Origin: Candidatus Poribacteria bacterium
GTDB lineage: Bacteria; Poribacteria; WGA-4E; WGA-3G
NCBI GenBank assembly: GCA_965215265.1
Contig: OZ244048.1
Span: 672,001 to 736,000, forward strand
Direction: 5' to 3'
Length of the DNA: 64,000 bases
Every line of letters starts with the position of its first letter. Positions within the stretch are counted from its first letter, which is position 1. The notes under the pieces are model-generated. The model worked only from the letters and a program-made list of their open reading frames with translations. It did not search any database and had not been told where the DNA came from. Made by a program: the position numbers and the translations under genes. Below, one piece after another: positions 50,349 through 60,068 of the stretch.

Positions 50349-51389
50349 ATGAAATTAGTCGTTCTTTCCTATAGTCACCATGGGCGCAGTATGGCACGGA
50401 CGGCGAACGCACTTGGGCACGAGATTGTCGGTGTGATGGATGGTGAAGCTGCCCCACGACAACAGTTGGCTGACGATTTTCAATGTCCCGGATTTGCAGA
50501 GGTAGGCGTGTGCCTCGATGCAAGCGAGCCGGATGCGGTGCTCGTCGCTGGTAAGCATACCGAGATGCCTTCGCATGTGCAAGCGTGTGTAGACCGGCGC
50601 ATCCCCTACCTTTTGGATAAACCGTTCGCAGACTGTGCAGAGCGGCTGCGTCCTGCTGCTGAGGCATCCGAAAAATACGGTGTATTCAGTGCCTTGGTGT
50701 TGCCAAACCGCGCGAGCCGGATTGTCGGACGCGTTGAAGAGATGATAGCAGATGGAAGCTTGGGTGAATTGGTGATGTACAGCAGTAGGTTGAATAACGG
50801 ACCGCCTACTCGCTACGATGCAACACCGTCAGCTTGGCACAATGACCCGACAATATCCGGAGGGGGGTGCTGGGCTGTTGAGGCAGCACACGGCATTGAT
50901 ACCTTCCTTCAATTTGTTGGCAGCCAGCGGATTAGCGTGGTTGGGGCGGTTATGTCCAACACAATGCATCGCCGGGTAGTAGAGGATAGCGGCATCGGTA
51001 TCCTCCGCACGGAGAACGGTATGACCGGAATTATTGAGTCCGGTTATACCTATCCATCCGGTACGCGCAGCGGAGATCATTTCTTCAGATTTATCGGAAC
51101 GAAGGCATCAGTATTTGAGCAGTACGGCCGGAACGGTGAACCGCTGATTGAAGTTCATACAACCGCAGGCGTGGAATTTAGCGAGGACATCTCGCACGGA
51201 GAGCGGATGCGGACGGTGATGGGGAACGCGCTTGATGCAATTCCGAACGGGGGCTCTTTCGTGCCGACGGTTATTGATGCAGTGCGAGTACTTGAGATTC
51301 AAGATAGTGTTTATGCCCATGCCCGGCAAGGCATAACGACTCACGGGCCACATCCGATAGGCAAGCACGGGGTGCCGCATCCATCTTGA
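50349..51389 (+). CDS. Gfo/Idh/MocA family oxidoreductase
   Basis: LDKPFA, SGGGCWAVEAAHGID, VEDSG; AGGAG RBS. Confidence 0.85.
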   Translation: MKLVVLSYSHHGRSMARTANALGHEIVGVMDGEAAPRQQLADDFQCPGFAEVGVCLDASEPDAVLVAGKHTEMPSHVQACVDRRIPYLLDKPFADCAERLRPAAEASEKYGVFSALVLPNRASRIVGRVEEMIADGSLGELVMYSSRLNNGPPTRYDATPSAWHNDPTISGGGCWAVEAAHGIDTFLQFVGSQRISVVGAVMSNTMHRRVVEDSGIGILRTENGMTGIIESGYTYPSGTRSGDHFFRFIGTKASVFEQYGRNGEPLIEVHTTAGVEFSEDISHGERMRTVMGNALDAIPNGGSFVPTVIDAVRVLEIQDSVYAHARQGITTHGPHPIGKHGVPHPS

Positions 51390-51416
51390 CATTAAAATCG
51401 GGACAAAAATCGTAGA

Positions 51417-51462
51417 TTGACGGCAAAAGGTATTGACCTGAGGTCAATACCTTACCCGTCAA
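51417..51462. repeat. Long inverted repeat (REP-like or terminator)
   Basis: AAGGTATTGACCT-G-AGGTCAATACCTT perfect 13-bp arms, with outer TTGACGG/CCGTCAA arms, preceded by CGTAG. Confidence 0.7.
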
Positions 51463-51514
51463 CTGATTATTCTCTGTCTGCTTCATTAATCCAGTCAATA
51501 CTGTACTGTGCTGA

Positions 51515-52708
51515 ATGTCACTTGCCTCGATTTTTTGTAGAGGGCTTGTCGCTTCTCAAGGTGGCCTCGGCGCTTCTCTCCAGCCATCTTCTAAGAAAAA
51601 TAGGGCAGCCTCCGAAGCCTGTGGTGGAAGGGAAAAGGTAATCCCACTGGGGGGTTTACTTCCTACTGATCTAGTTTTAGGCGCTATGAATCATGTAGCA
51701 CCGGAGATATTATGTTCATTTCTCTGCCAACTTATTAAAGAACCATTATCAATCGGTGCCAAACTAAAGGCTATCAAATGGTTAAAGAATGCTGCCTTGA
51801 AGTTAATGAAGTTAAATCGCAAGGAGAAGGATTCAGCGATTGAAATACTTAAAAATCTAACAAAAAATACACATCCACAGGTCTGTAACAGTGCATATGT
51901 CGCTTTGGGTCAAGTCGGTGAAGCCAAATCAAAAGACTATCTTAAAAATGCCTTCAACCAAGCACAAAGGGGCAAAATGCCTTTTCAAACTCAAATGAGT
52001 ATTCTAAAAGGACTCATCGCTGGAGGTGTTACTCCAGATGATGAACTGATGTTCGTGCGTCTAACATATAGCGGTTTTATAGGATTTCGAATCATGTCGG
52101 TCCGAGCGTTACGTCAGGTGGGAGAGAAATATTGGCAAAGACTTTCTGATATGGCGGAATCGGATCCAAATGCAGAAGTAAAAATTGAAGCCATCAATGC
52201 ATTAGTTAAGATTGATTCAACTACCGCGCATAAAGTGCTAATCAAACTGCGTGATAACAACCCAGAAGAAAAGGTTAAAAACACTATTTCTTCGTGGATC
52301 CAAAAATACCGTGAGGCTGAAGAGCAACCTTTACAGTCCACAATATCTGAGTTACAATCTTCAAATCATAGAATTCGACGCAAAGCGGCTAAGTCTTTAG
52401 GAAAATTAAAACATGACTCAGCAGTTCGACTCCTATGCGACGCTTTAAAAGATGAGGATGGAATTGTCAGAACGGTGGCAGCTGAAGCACTTGGGTCAAT
52501 TGGCAATAAATCAGCATCGTTTCCACTCATTGAAGCATTAGAAAATGACTCTTACCATGATGCTCGAGCTGCTGCCGCTAAGGCCCTAGGTCGATGTGGT
52601 AAAATTGGAGATAAAAGAATTTTTGAGGCACTTCTTAAAGGACATAATGATAGAAGCCCTCGAGTTCGAAAATGGTGTTTCTTTTCGCTAAAGCGGATTA
52701 GTGGATAA
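51515..52708 (+). CDS. HEAT/PBS-lyase repeat protein (AT-rich; true start uncertain, possibly 5'-truncated)
   Basis: RRKAAKSLGKL, VRTVAAEALGSIG, ARAAAAKALG, DRSPRVR repeats. Confidence 0.75.
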   Translation: MSLASIFCRGLVASQGGLGASLQPSSKKNRAASEACGGREKVIPLGGLLPTDLVLGAMNHVAPEILCSFLCQLIKEPLSIGAKLKAIKWLKNAALKLMKLNRKEKDSAIEILKNLTKNTHPQVCNSAYVALGQVGEAKSKDYLKNAFNQAQRGKMPFQTQMSILKGLIAGGVTPDDELMFVRLTYSGFIGFRIMSVRALRQVGEKYWQRLSDMAESDPNAEVKIEAINALVKIDSTTAHKVLIKLRDNNPEEKVKNTISSWIQKYREAEEQPLQSTISELQSSNHRIRRKAAKSLGKLKHDSAVRLLCDALKDEDGIVRTVAAEALGSIGNKSASFPLIEALENDSYHDARAAAAKALGRCGKIGDKRIFEALLKGHNDRSPRVRKWCFFSLKRISG

Positions 52709-53044
52709 GAGGCGACTTGTTAAATTGATGGGCAGAGGATCAATTATTCAGAAATTTCAAGAATTGGAAAATTGCCGAAAAGTAAAAGTCGGCTCATTTC
52801 ATTCACTGATATAGAGAAGATCTGGCAAACCTACTTAGAGAGTTTGGACTGTGGGACAAAAATTATTATCCTGAGTACCTGTTTTGGCATTTACAAAACG
52901 ACGAAGTCTGGGAAATATCTAATGCCTACAGAATTAGAGAATAAAAAATAAAGGGAACCGAGTAGGGATGCACGCATAACAGATTTGAGACTTTAAGGTG
53001 TCGGTGGTTTTCTTGAGCCCATTGCCGAGCGACTTCAAAATGAT

Positions 53045-53407
53045 TATAGTGAAAGAGATAATGACTCGGACACTTTTAGTATCTTATCCAGAAACATTTC
53101 GGTGTGGTATTCACTTCGGTAGTTCACCGTGGTAAAATCCTTCTCAATCGGGTTGAGTTCCGGCGAGAACGGAGGTAAAAACAGTCAACTCGTTCCATAC
53201 CTCTCAACCAAGATCGCTGTCTCTACGCTTTTATGGAAAGACGCGTTATCCAAAATCACCACAAGCGAAGCATCTAATAGCGGACATAATAATATCTTCA
53301 AAAATGCGGGCCACCTCGGTTTTCTTGCTGCCGTTTTCGAGAAATATGGGATAAGTGCTCTAACATATCTTAAAGAAAATGTCCATATATTTTTGGGGTT
53401 TACTATA
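53045..53407 (-). mobile_element. Internally deleted IS630-family relic
   Basis: Minus strand VILDNASFHK..*LFLPPFSPELNPIEK (DDE_3 C-terminus) and ENGSKKTEVARIFE (HTH N-terminus); both ends read TATAGT inward. Confidence 0.8.
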
Positions 53408-53584
53408 ACTCGCGGCTGTTGTTTAGATATGCACGCTGCAGCTTCTGTCTGAATCGCGGATTTTCACCGATGAGACAGATAACATCGATTGCTGTCTCAC
53501 CGAAGGCTTTTGAGGAGCTAGACTGAGTTGGCAGTGTGCAAATCTATGGTGGCTGCGTTGAGGAGCGGCTGAAGGTTGGGAAAA

Positions 53585-56500
53585 TTAGCGTAAGATTGCT
53601 AGTTTCCCAACCTGTTCGACTGTATCGGAATCGGTGTGTGCGATGACTCGGTAGAGATAGACTCCGTTTGCACAGCGGGTGCCTGTTTCGTCGCGTCCGT
53701 CCCATTCGGTTTCGTTGTTGCCGCGGCGTGCGCTAGCGTCGAGAATGGTTCGGATGAGTCTGCCTGTGACGGTGTAAATTTTGATGGTGACCTCGTCTGG
53801 TGGTTGTGCGAGGTGGTAGGTGAAGGTCGTTTTTCCGTTGGGTGTTGGATTGGGTACGTTGAAGACTTCATCGAGGGAAACGGCCTGATTTAAAGAGAAT
53901 GCTATCTGGAGTTCGGCTGCGTTTTGACTGGTATCAGCCGCGGCGACTTGTAGTTGGTAGTCGCCATTGTGGAGGTCGGGGGCAAAAGTGACGGCGGCAG
54001 TTGTGGGTACCTGTGCATCAAAGCGGAAGGTGTATGCGTTTTCATCAAGTGGTGTGAGTGGTTCATAAGTTTGATTCAATGCGAGGTTGAAGCTTGTATT
54101 GTCAAGCGCGCCATCATCGGTGAGGGTAATTTCAAACTGGGGTTGTTGTGTTAGTATGATACCGTCAGTGATTTCTATGTCAGTGGTTTCGCTCCTGTGG
54201 GTTGCGGAGCCGCCGGCTGTCGGCGAGTCGTTAGCAAGGACACGCACGAGAATTTCGGGTGGTGTGATGTCGGGTTCTTCTGTGACAAAGAAGCGGTAGG
54301 TGATGTTGCGGTCTTCTCCGCCGATAGGGTTTGCGTTGAAGTCTTGTACCTGGAATTCAAAGGTATGCTCGCCGGGAAAGAGGATGGGCTGATAGTCGAT
54401 AGGGAGTGTGTATATTCCACTTTCAGTGCGGCGTTGATAGCCATCAGGTCCGCCCTCTGTGAGTTTTTGTGTTGGGCCGCCATCTTTCCGTTTTGCGAAG
54501 GAGAGTGTATCAATATCGATGCCGTTTTCGTCCTCAAAGAGTATAGAGAAGGTCGGACGTGGTGGTATGACACTGCCAGTTTGTGGTTGAATTCCGTCTA
54601 CCCATATCTGGAAGCTAGGTGGTTCGTTGTCGGTAGTGTGCATGAGTGTGAAGGGTGTGAGTTCTGTGACTTCTGCGGTAATGGTTCCGACACGTGCGCT
54701 GCTGAATTTAATTTTATCGCCGAATTCGAAATCTTCGGAGCTAGCGGATACGAGAATTTCGAGTCCAAGGTGGCTAAGGAAAAGGGTTTCGTTGACGATG
54801 CCTGTGACTTTGACACCGTTGGGTAGATGTACCGGCAGTGCGGCGGTATCTCGGATTTCATAACGTTCAGTAGATGTTAAAAAGATAAACCAATCTCCTA
54901 CCTCAAATTCTTTCTTTGGGCCGAGTCTGCTATGAACAGTTGCGGTTCCGTTCCCTCGGTTTTTGTTTCTTGTGTTGACAAGTACGACATCGCCTTGTGG
55001 GTTATAGTCGGTATTAAATGTGAGAATATCGGCGAATTCGAATGAGAATTTTTTTCCGAGTGGCGTGCTTTCTTGGCTGGGAATGAGGAGTTCTAATCCG
55101 AACGCCTCTACGCGGAATGGGATATCGAGATGCCCGGTGGTATCAAGTTCTTGTATGGGGGTTTCGCCCTTCCGGCGGAGAAAAACTTGGTATTGCGATG
55201 CGTCTAAGAAGAGTATGACCCAATTTCCTGCAGGTGTGAGGTTGGGATTGATGTTAATATTGTCGGGCATGAGTTCCTGTTGACTAGCGTTTTCTATTTG
55301 TGTGGGAGTGACGTAGTTTTCTAGTGCAAATTCGGGTTCAGTGGTTGCTTCGGTGTATTTAATTTCTGAAGTTAAGCGTCGCCATGCGGCATGCTGTGCC
55401 TGCCATGTATAGATAGCGAGCTGGTCGGCAGTTTCTGCGACGGCGGCTTTAAAGGCGGGTGCATCGGTAGGGAGTGATTGGTAGAGAGAATCGCGCTGTG
55501 AAAGCGGGTTTTGGGAATTTCGGACGATATCTTCTATGGCACTGACATCAAATCGTATTTTGACTTGGGCAGGCTTTTTGAGCTGCGTAACGCCGGTGCG
55601 GAATGCGGCTTCGTAGTGTCTTGCACTACCAGCTTCATCAGCCTGCCGGATGAGCCCCCGTCGGAGAGCTGCGACGCGTGGGATAGGGGCGAAGTAGATA
55701 TCCGGTTGTTTGCCGTCTTCAGGCGGATATGATGATACAGAGAGGGGAATGCTGTTGCTCTGTGTATCGATTGCGCCGGCAGGAAAATGAATATCAAAGA
55801 CCCGGTCAAGGCTAAAGGCGGTAATTTTTTCGTTGGGTTTATAGTTAAAATCGTTAACGACGAAAGAGAAGTATTTTTTGTTATCAAAGATGCGTGCTTC
55901 ATGGATGTTGCCGAGGATTTTATCGTCAATTTCCGGGTCGTCTGGATCTGCGAGTGCATAAATTTTATGTACGCCGGGTGTGAGGGGTGTGTTGAGGGAA
56001 ACGGTAGCGGTAGCGTGCTGCAAGACGTGAGTTCCCTGTTTCCAATCGTTTGCGGTAATGGTGGCGGCGGCGAGTATGTCCGCCTCGTCGTCAATTCGAC
56101 TATCTCCGTTTGCGTCGGGGTTTCCTTCAGCAAAAACTACCTCGAACTCGGTTTGTACAAACCGTCCGCCGTTGTTAATGAGTTCTGCGACGAGTTGGTA
56201 TCGGTTTTCAGCTTCACTAAACTGGTATCGGATAGGTGCTGTGTTTGTGCCGTCGGTTCCGATGGCGATGTTAGGTCCCTCTGGGACTTTGACAATATTG
56301 CGATCGGTTTTGGAAGGGTGTGCGATTTCATGTCCTGTGGTGTCAGTAATCTGTATGCGATAGCGTACCTGCCTGCCGCCTTGTGGTAGGGGTATAGGTG
56401 TTTGGAGTTGGTACCACTGTCCGCCTGGTGGTGTTTCGCCAAAAGGTGTTTTTGCCTCAACTAATGGTATGGTTGCATCCTCAAATTCGGCAGTATTATC

Positions 56501-59500
56501 CCAGAGGACGCTGAGGTTTCGGAGTCCTGCGGCACCTTTGTCATCGACAATAAGGATGTTGAGTTGCAGTGTATCTTTGATAATATCAAGTTCTTCTTTG
56601 ATTTCTCGTATGACGGGTGTTTCTATCCAGAAGCGTTGGCCTCCGACGGCGGCGTGCGCGTCATTAAAAGCGAATAATCGTACAACGCCGCTGCCGGGCA
56701 ATGCAGTATTGGGGATGTGGAGGCGGATGGTGCCGTATTCGCCCTGCCAAACGCGGCTGAGAGTGCGTCGGGAGAGTTCATTCCCCAAGTCGTCGTCAAA
56801 ATTATTAGGGAAAAAGGCAGTAGCTGAGAGTATTTCGGAGTTAAAATCGTTCGCCTTTTGCCAGGTTCCGTTTTGTGTGGTGCGTCCGACTTCATTCTGC
56901 AAGATGACGAGCTGTTGTTTATCGTTGAGAGCGATGCGTTCCAGTTCAACTTTGATGTCGAGTTCGGGGCGTGCGAGTCGGGTTGCGGGGTCTCCGAAGA
57001 GCGTATATTGTTCGGTTCCAGGGATCCACTGTGGGTTTCGGATGCGGGTGAGGAATTTGATTTTTGCATCAGCGATAATTTTACCGAGGCTGACACCGTT
57101 TCTTTTGTCTCCTTCTTGTTTGAGAGCTGGTTCGAAGAGAGATTTAAAGAGATCTCTGTCAAATTCTGCGTTTGCGGTTCCGTAGGTGAGTCGTGTAGCC
57201 GAGAGTGCGGCGATTGCACCGTATTGGCCTAATAGGAATTGTTCACTGAGACAAAAATTTCCGATTTGTTGAGGTTTATCAAATTGCCCATTGAGACAGG
57301 TTGTGGTTATGACAAAAGGGAGGTACCGGTTTCGTAGCTGTGTGACATCTTCGCTGCGAAAGATAGACTCGTCGGCCCATGTCTGTATGCCTCCGTGTCC
57401 GGTGTATTCGATGGCGAGTGCGCCGTCGTTCAAGGCGCTGCGTATCCTGGATGCAGTGAGTGTAGGGCTTTTGACCTGTCGGAGGTAAATTTGTCGGGTG
57501 TTATAGCCGGGTGGTATAACATCGCGAATGAGTTCGTTGCGTGATATCTCAAAGAGTGCGTCGCCGGGGTTATCCAGATGATCATCTGCGACTTGTATGA
57601 GAGTGCCTTGCCAAGGTCCGGTTTTGAGTTTGCGTTCATAATTAATAATTTTTTTGACCATGACGTTTAATTCTTGAGAGTTTTGTACGGAGAGTCGGCC
57701 GATGAACATATCGGGTAGGGCGTCCTCGCCACTGACATTGACGAATCGGCCATCCATAGCGGTTTCGCCGCTTTCAGGTGCCCACCCGTGGAAGGTTGGG
57801 ACAAAAATGGGGTAGAGTGCATAGGTGCCGTGGAAGCTGGCATCGCGTCTGTAGCGTTCAACGGTAGCATTTTTGTAATCGTAGTGTGCGTCTCCGACGA
57901 GTACGACGTATGTAGGTGCGGGTGGTTTCCAGCTGGTGTATGCGTAGCGTAGGAATTTCTGAATGGCGAAGGGGTTGAAGAGTCCGTCGCTAAATTCGTC
58001 GTAGATGTCTGTGATATCAACGACGCTGGTTGTCAGGCCTTGTGAGCGTCGAAATTCGACGAGTGGCTGGATGCTCTGCTTAAAGGTTGGGTGCGTAATA
58101 ACGAGGTAATCGGCTTGGTTTGCGGGATTGCGTAGGGTTGTAGTGGGTGTAGGAATGAGTGCATTGATACTACGATATGCGTCGCGTCCGATGACAAAAT
58201 AGCGGCTATGCTGTGTTATGTGATCTTGAAAGAGGATGTGATGTGTTGCGCCAGTGGGTGTAATTTTTCCGCCGATTAGGCGTTGGGTGATGCCGCGGTC
58301 TCCGAGTTTATAAACATCTATTGTTTCGTCGAAAAAATTGGTGATTCGGTATTGTACGTTGCCGAGTGTTCGGGGTTCGGTGGTTGAATTGAATTCTAGT
58401 CGGTTGTTTTGTGCGTTAAAATCGTGCCAATAGTCAAATTCGTACCAGTCAAGATAGAAGTCGTATTGGCCTGGTGCGGTTTTATTGGTGTCGAGTGCGT
58501 CGATGCGCATCCAATTGCCTTCGTTGGGATGTATGAGTCTCTGTTGGATTGTGCGTGTAGCGATTTGGGATGCTTGTCGTTTCCATTCTTCGATGCGTCC
58601 GAGTCGTTGTCCGTTAAAAGAGATTTGTGCACGGTGTAGTGCGATGCCTCTGCGCGAAGCGCCTTGGAATTTAATTCGCAGGGTTGCGTTTCGGTTGATT
58701 TGAAGGCGTGGTGCTGCACCGGGTAGTGTGACAGGTAGGTCCTTTCGTGCGTTTTCTAGATTCCCGCCGCGGAATGCTATCCAAAAATAGTGGTCAGCGA
58801 GTTCAGATTTGATGTCGGAGCCTGTGAGTGCGTCGTGATGTACATCTTCTTCAAAGCGTGCGCGTGCCAAAAAAGCGCTGGGTGCTATTAGATTCGGGAT
58901 GCGCGGTGTTGCGTCGCGTGTTTGGACGCGAGAGGCATCGTATTCAGCGGGCATAGGTGTGATATTAAAATAGAGCCAATAGACGTTCTCATTGGTAAAT
59001 TTATTATCAACGAGTGCGCGTCCGTAAAAGATAATCCACTCCCCGTTGTCAAAAATTTCGTTTTCGTTATGATCAAAGATATAGATGCCGTGTTTCTGTC
59101 CGGCGTTTTCAAGTCGTATGCTGTCAAGATTGATCGTTTCTGGGGTAACGCCAGCTGCTTTAAGATTGTTGTAGGTGATGCGATAGAGATCGGTTTTGGT
59201 AATAGGAATTTTAAATCGGTGTGTGTGTGTTGCCTGCGGTGCTGCGGGTGCTTGATAGGCGGCAGCGATATGTGTTCTTCTCTGTTTTCGCCAGGGTCTG
59301 GCTTGGGCGTAGTTAAGGAGCATTCCCTGGAAGAGGTTTTCGTAGTATGGTGCTTCTGTAGGGATAAGGCTGGGTGCTGCTGGGGCGGCATTTCCTGCTG
59401 CGGGGAAAAGGATCCGGAATTCTACTGTGGCGTAGATTTTGAGCTGTCGCGTTGTGGGATTATATTGAATAGGATTGATTTGCAAGCTGCCAATTCGTTG

Positions 59501-60019
59501 TTCTCGTACAAATCCGCTGGGTATCACTTCAACGACATGTTGTGGATAAAAATTGTGTAGCGTTTTTGTGTTGCCTGTTGGCGAGTGTGGCTGTTCAGTT
59601 TTCGGATTGTAAACAACTTGTGCAACTGTTTTTGTCTCCACGTGTGTCCGAAGGATATTGAGAATAGGGTTACCAATAATAGGTATGCCGATACATTGTG
59701 TAAAGAGGGGTAGGTTCGGTTTACCGGGTTCGAGGGTTCGATCTGCGCCTTCAAAGGTAATGGCGGTGCCATCAGGTGTGTCGGTTATCTTCAATTCTGG
59801 CAATGTGAAACGCGCAGTAAAAGCATCGGAAGATACTGTGATAATCTGCAGCGGCGATTTTTGGGCAGTGGATGCCGATGATGTAAAGAGCAGACTCAGG
59901 ATAAGGGAAAGGAAAATCGGAATCATTCTTTTATATATTTCCGTACCATCAACGCTTCTGCTTTGATGGCTCGTGTATAAATCTCGTCGGAGGCTCCTAA
60001 TGTTTAGATTCAATTTCAT
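53585..60019 (-). CDS. Large C25-family (gingipain/PorU-like) cysteine peptidase with propeptide, Ig-like domains and FlgD/T9SS-like C-terminal domain
   Basis: Signal peptide; GKPNLP..PIQYNP propeptide; ADYLVIT, IYDEFS, VLVGDA.YD, PDMFIGRL; His in YTGHG, Cys in TTCLNGQFD; C-terminal NVPNP..IKIYTVTGRLIR..WDGRD..NGVYLYR..KLAILR. Confidence 0.9.
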   Translation of the reverse strand: MKLNLNIRSLRRDLYTSHQSRSVDGTEIYKRMIPIFLSLILSLLFTSSASTAQKSPLQIITVSSDAFTARFTLPELKITDTPDGTAITFEGADRTLEPGKPNLPLFTQCIGIPIIGNPILNILRTHVETKTVAQVVYNPKTEQPHSPTGNTKTLHNFYPQHVVEVIPSGFVREQRIGSLQINPIQYNPTTRQLKIYATVEFRILFPAAGNAAPAAPSLIPTEAPYYENLFQGMLLNYAQARPWRKQRRTHIAAAYQAPAAPQATHTHRFKIPITKTDLYRITYNNLKAAGVTPETINLDSIRLENAGQKHGIYIFDHNENEIFDNGEWIIFYGRALVDNKFTNENVYWLYFNITPMPAEYDASRVQTRDATPRIPNLIAPSAFLARARFEEDVHHDALTGSDIKSELADHYFWIAFRGGNLENARKDLPVTLPGAAPRLQINRNATLRIKFQGASRRGIALHRAQISFNGQRLGRIEEWKRQASQIATRTIQQRLIHPNEGNWMRIDALDTNKTAPGQYDFYLDWYEFDYWHDFNAQNNRLEFNSTTEPRTLGNVQYRITNFFDETIDVYKLGDRGITQRLIGGKITPTGATHHILFQDHITQHSRYFVIGRDAYRSINALIPTPTTTLRNPANQADYLVITHPTFKQSIQPLVEFRRSQGLTTSVVDITDIYDEFSDGLFNPFAIQKFLRYAYTSWKPPAPTYVVLVGDAHYDYKNATVERYRRDASFHGTYALYPIFVPTFHGWAPESGETAMDGRFVNVSGEDALPDMFIGRLSVQNSQELNVMVKKIINYERKLKTGPWQGTLIQVADDHLDNPGDALFEISRNELIRDVIPPGYNTRQIYLRQVKSPTLTASRIRSALNDGALAIEYTGHGGIQTWADESIFRSEDVTQLRNRYLPFVITTTCLNGQFDKPQQIGNFCLSEQFLLGQYGAIAALSATRLTYGTANAEFDRDLFKSLFEPALKQEGDKRNGVSLGKIIADAKIKFLTRIRNPQWIPGTEQYTLFGDPATRLARPELDIKVELERIALNDKQQLVILQNEVGRTTQNGTWQKANDFNSEILSATAFFPNNFDDDLGNELSRRTLSRVWQGEYGTIRLHIPNTALPGSGVVRLFAFNDAHAAVGGQRFWIETPVIREIKEELDIIKDTLQLNILIVDDKGAAGLRNLSVLWDNTAEFEDATIPLVEAKTPFGETPPGGQWYQLQTPIPLPQGGRQVRYRIQITDTTGHEIAHPSKTDRNIVKVPEGPNIAIGTDGTNTAPIRYQFSEAENRYQLVAELINNGGRFVQTEFEVVFAEGNPDANGDSRIDDEADILAAATITANDWKQGTHVLQHATATVSLNTPLTPGVHKIYALADPDDPEIDDKILGNIHEARIFDNKKYFSFVVNDFNYKPNEKITAFSLDRVFDIHFPAGAIDTQSNSIPLSVSSYPPEDGKQPDIYFAPIPRVAALRRGLIRQADEAGSARHYEAAFRTGVTQLKKPAQVKIRFDVSAIEDIVRNSQNPLSQRDSLYQSLPTDAPAFKAAVAETADQLAIYTWQAQHAAWRRLTSEIKYTEATTEPEFALENYVTPTQIENASQQELMPDNININPNLTPAGNWVILFLDASQYQVFLRRKGETPIQELDTTGHLDIPFRVEAFGLELLIPSQESTPLGKKFSFEFADILTFNTDYNPQGDVVLVNTRNKNRGNGTATVHSRLGPKKEFEVGDWFIFLTSTERYEIRDTAALPVHLPNGVKVTGIVNETLFLSHLGLEILVSASSEDFEFGDKIKFSSARVGTITAEVTELTPFTLMHTTDNEPPSFQIWVDGIQPQTGSVIPPRPTFSILFEDENGIDIDTLSFAKRKDGGPTQKLTEGGPDGYQRRTESGIYTLPIDYQPILFPGEHTFEFQVQDFNANPIGGEDRNITYRFFVTEEPDITPPEILVRVLANDSPTAGGSATHRSETTDIEITDGIILTQQPQFEITLTDDGALDNTSFNLALNQTYEPLTPLDENAYTFRFDAQVPTTAAVTFAPDLHNGDYQLQVAAADTSQNAAELQIAFSLNQAVSLDEVFNVPNPTPNGKTTFTYHLAQPPDEVTIKIYTVTGRLIRTILDASARRGNNETEWDGRDETGTRCANGVYLYRVIAHTDSDTVEQVGKLAILR

Positions 60020-60068
60020 GTTAATAACCTAATGGAATAAGCCGGTGTGTCTCCTCCTGAAGTTTGTT

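Noticed and set aside
53129-53452. 107-aa plus-strand ORF
   Set aside because: Antisense shadow of the IS630 relic.
54197-59560. Several long Cys/Val-rich plus-strand ORFs (200-238 aa)
   Set aside because: Antisense shadows of the C25 gene caused by its codon bias; no motifs or RBS.
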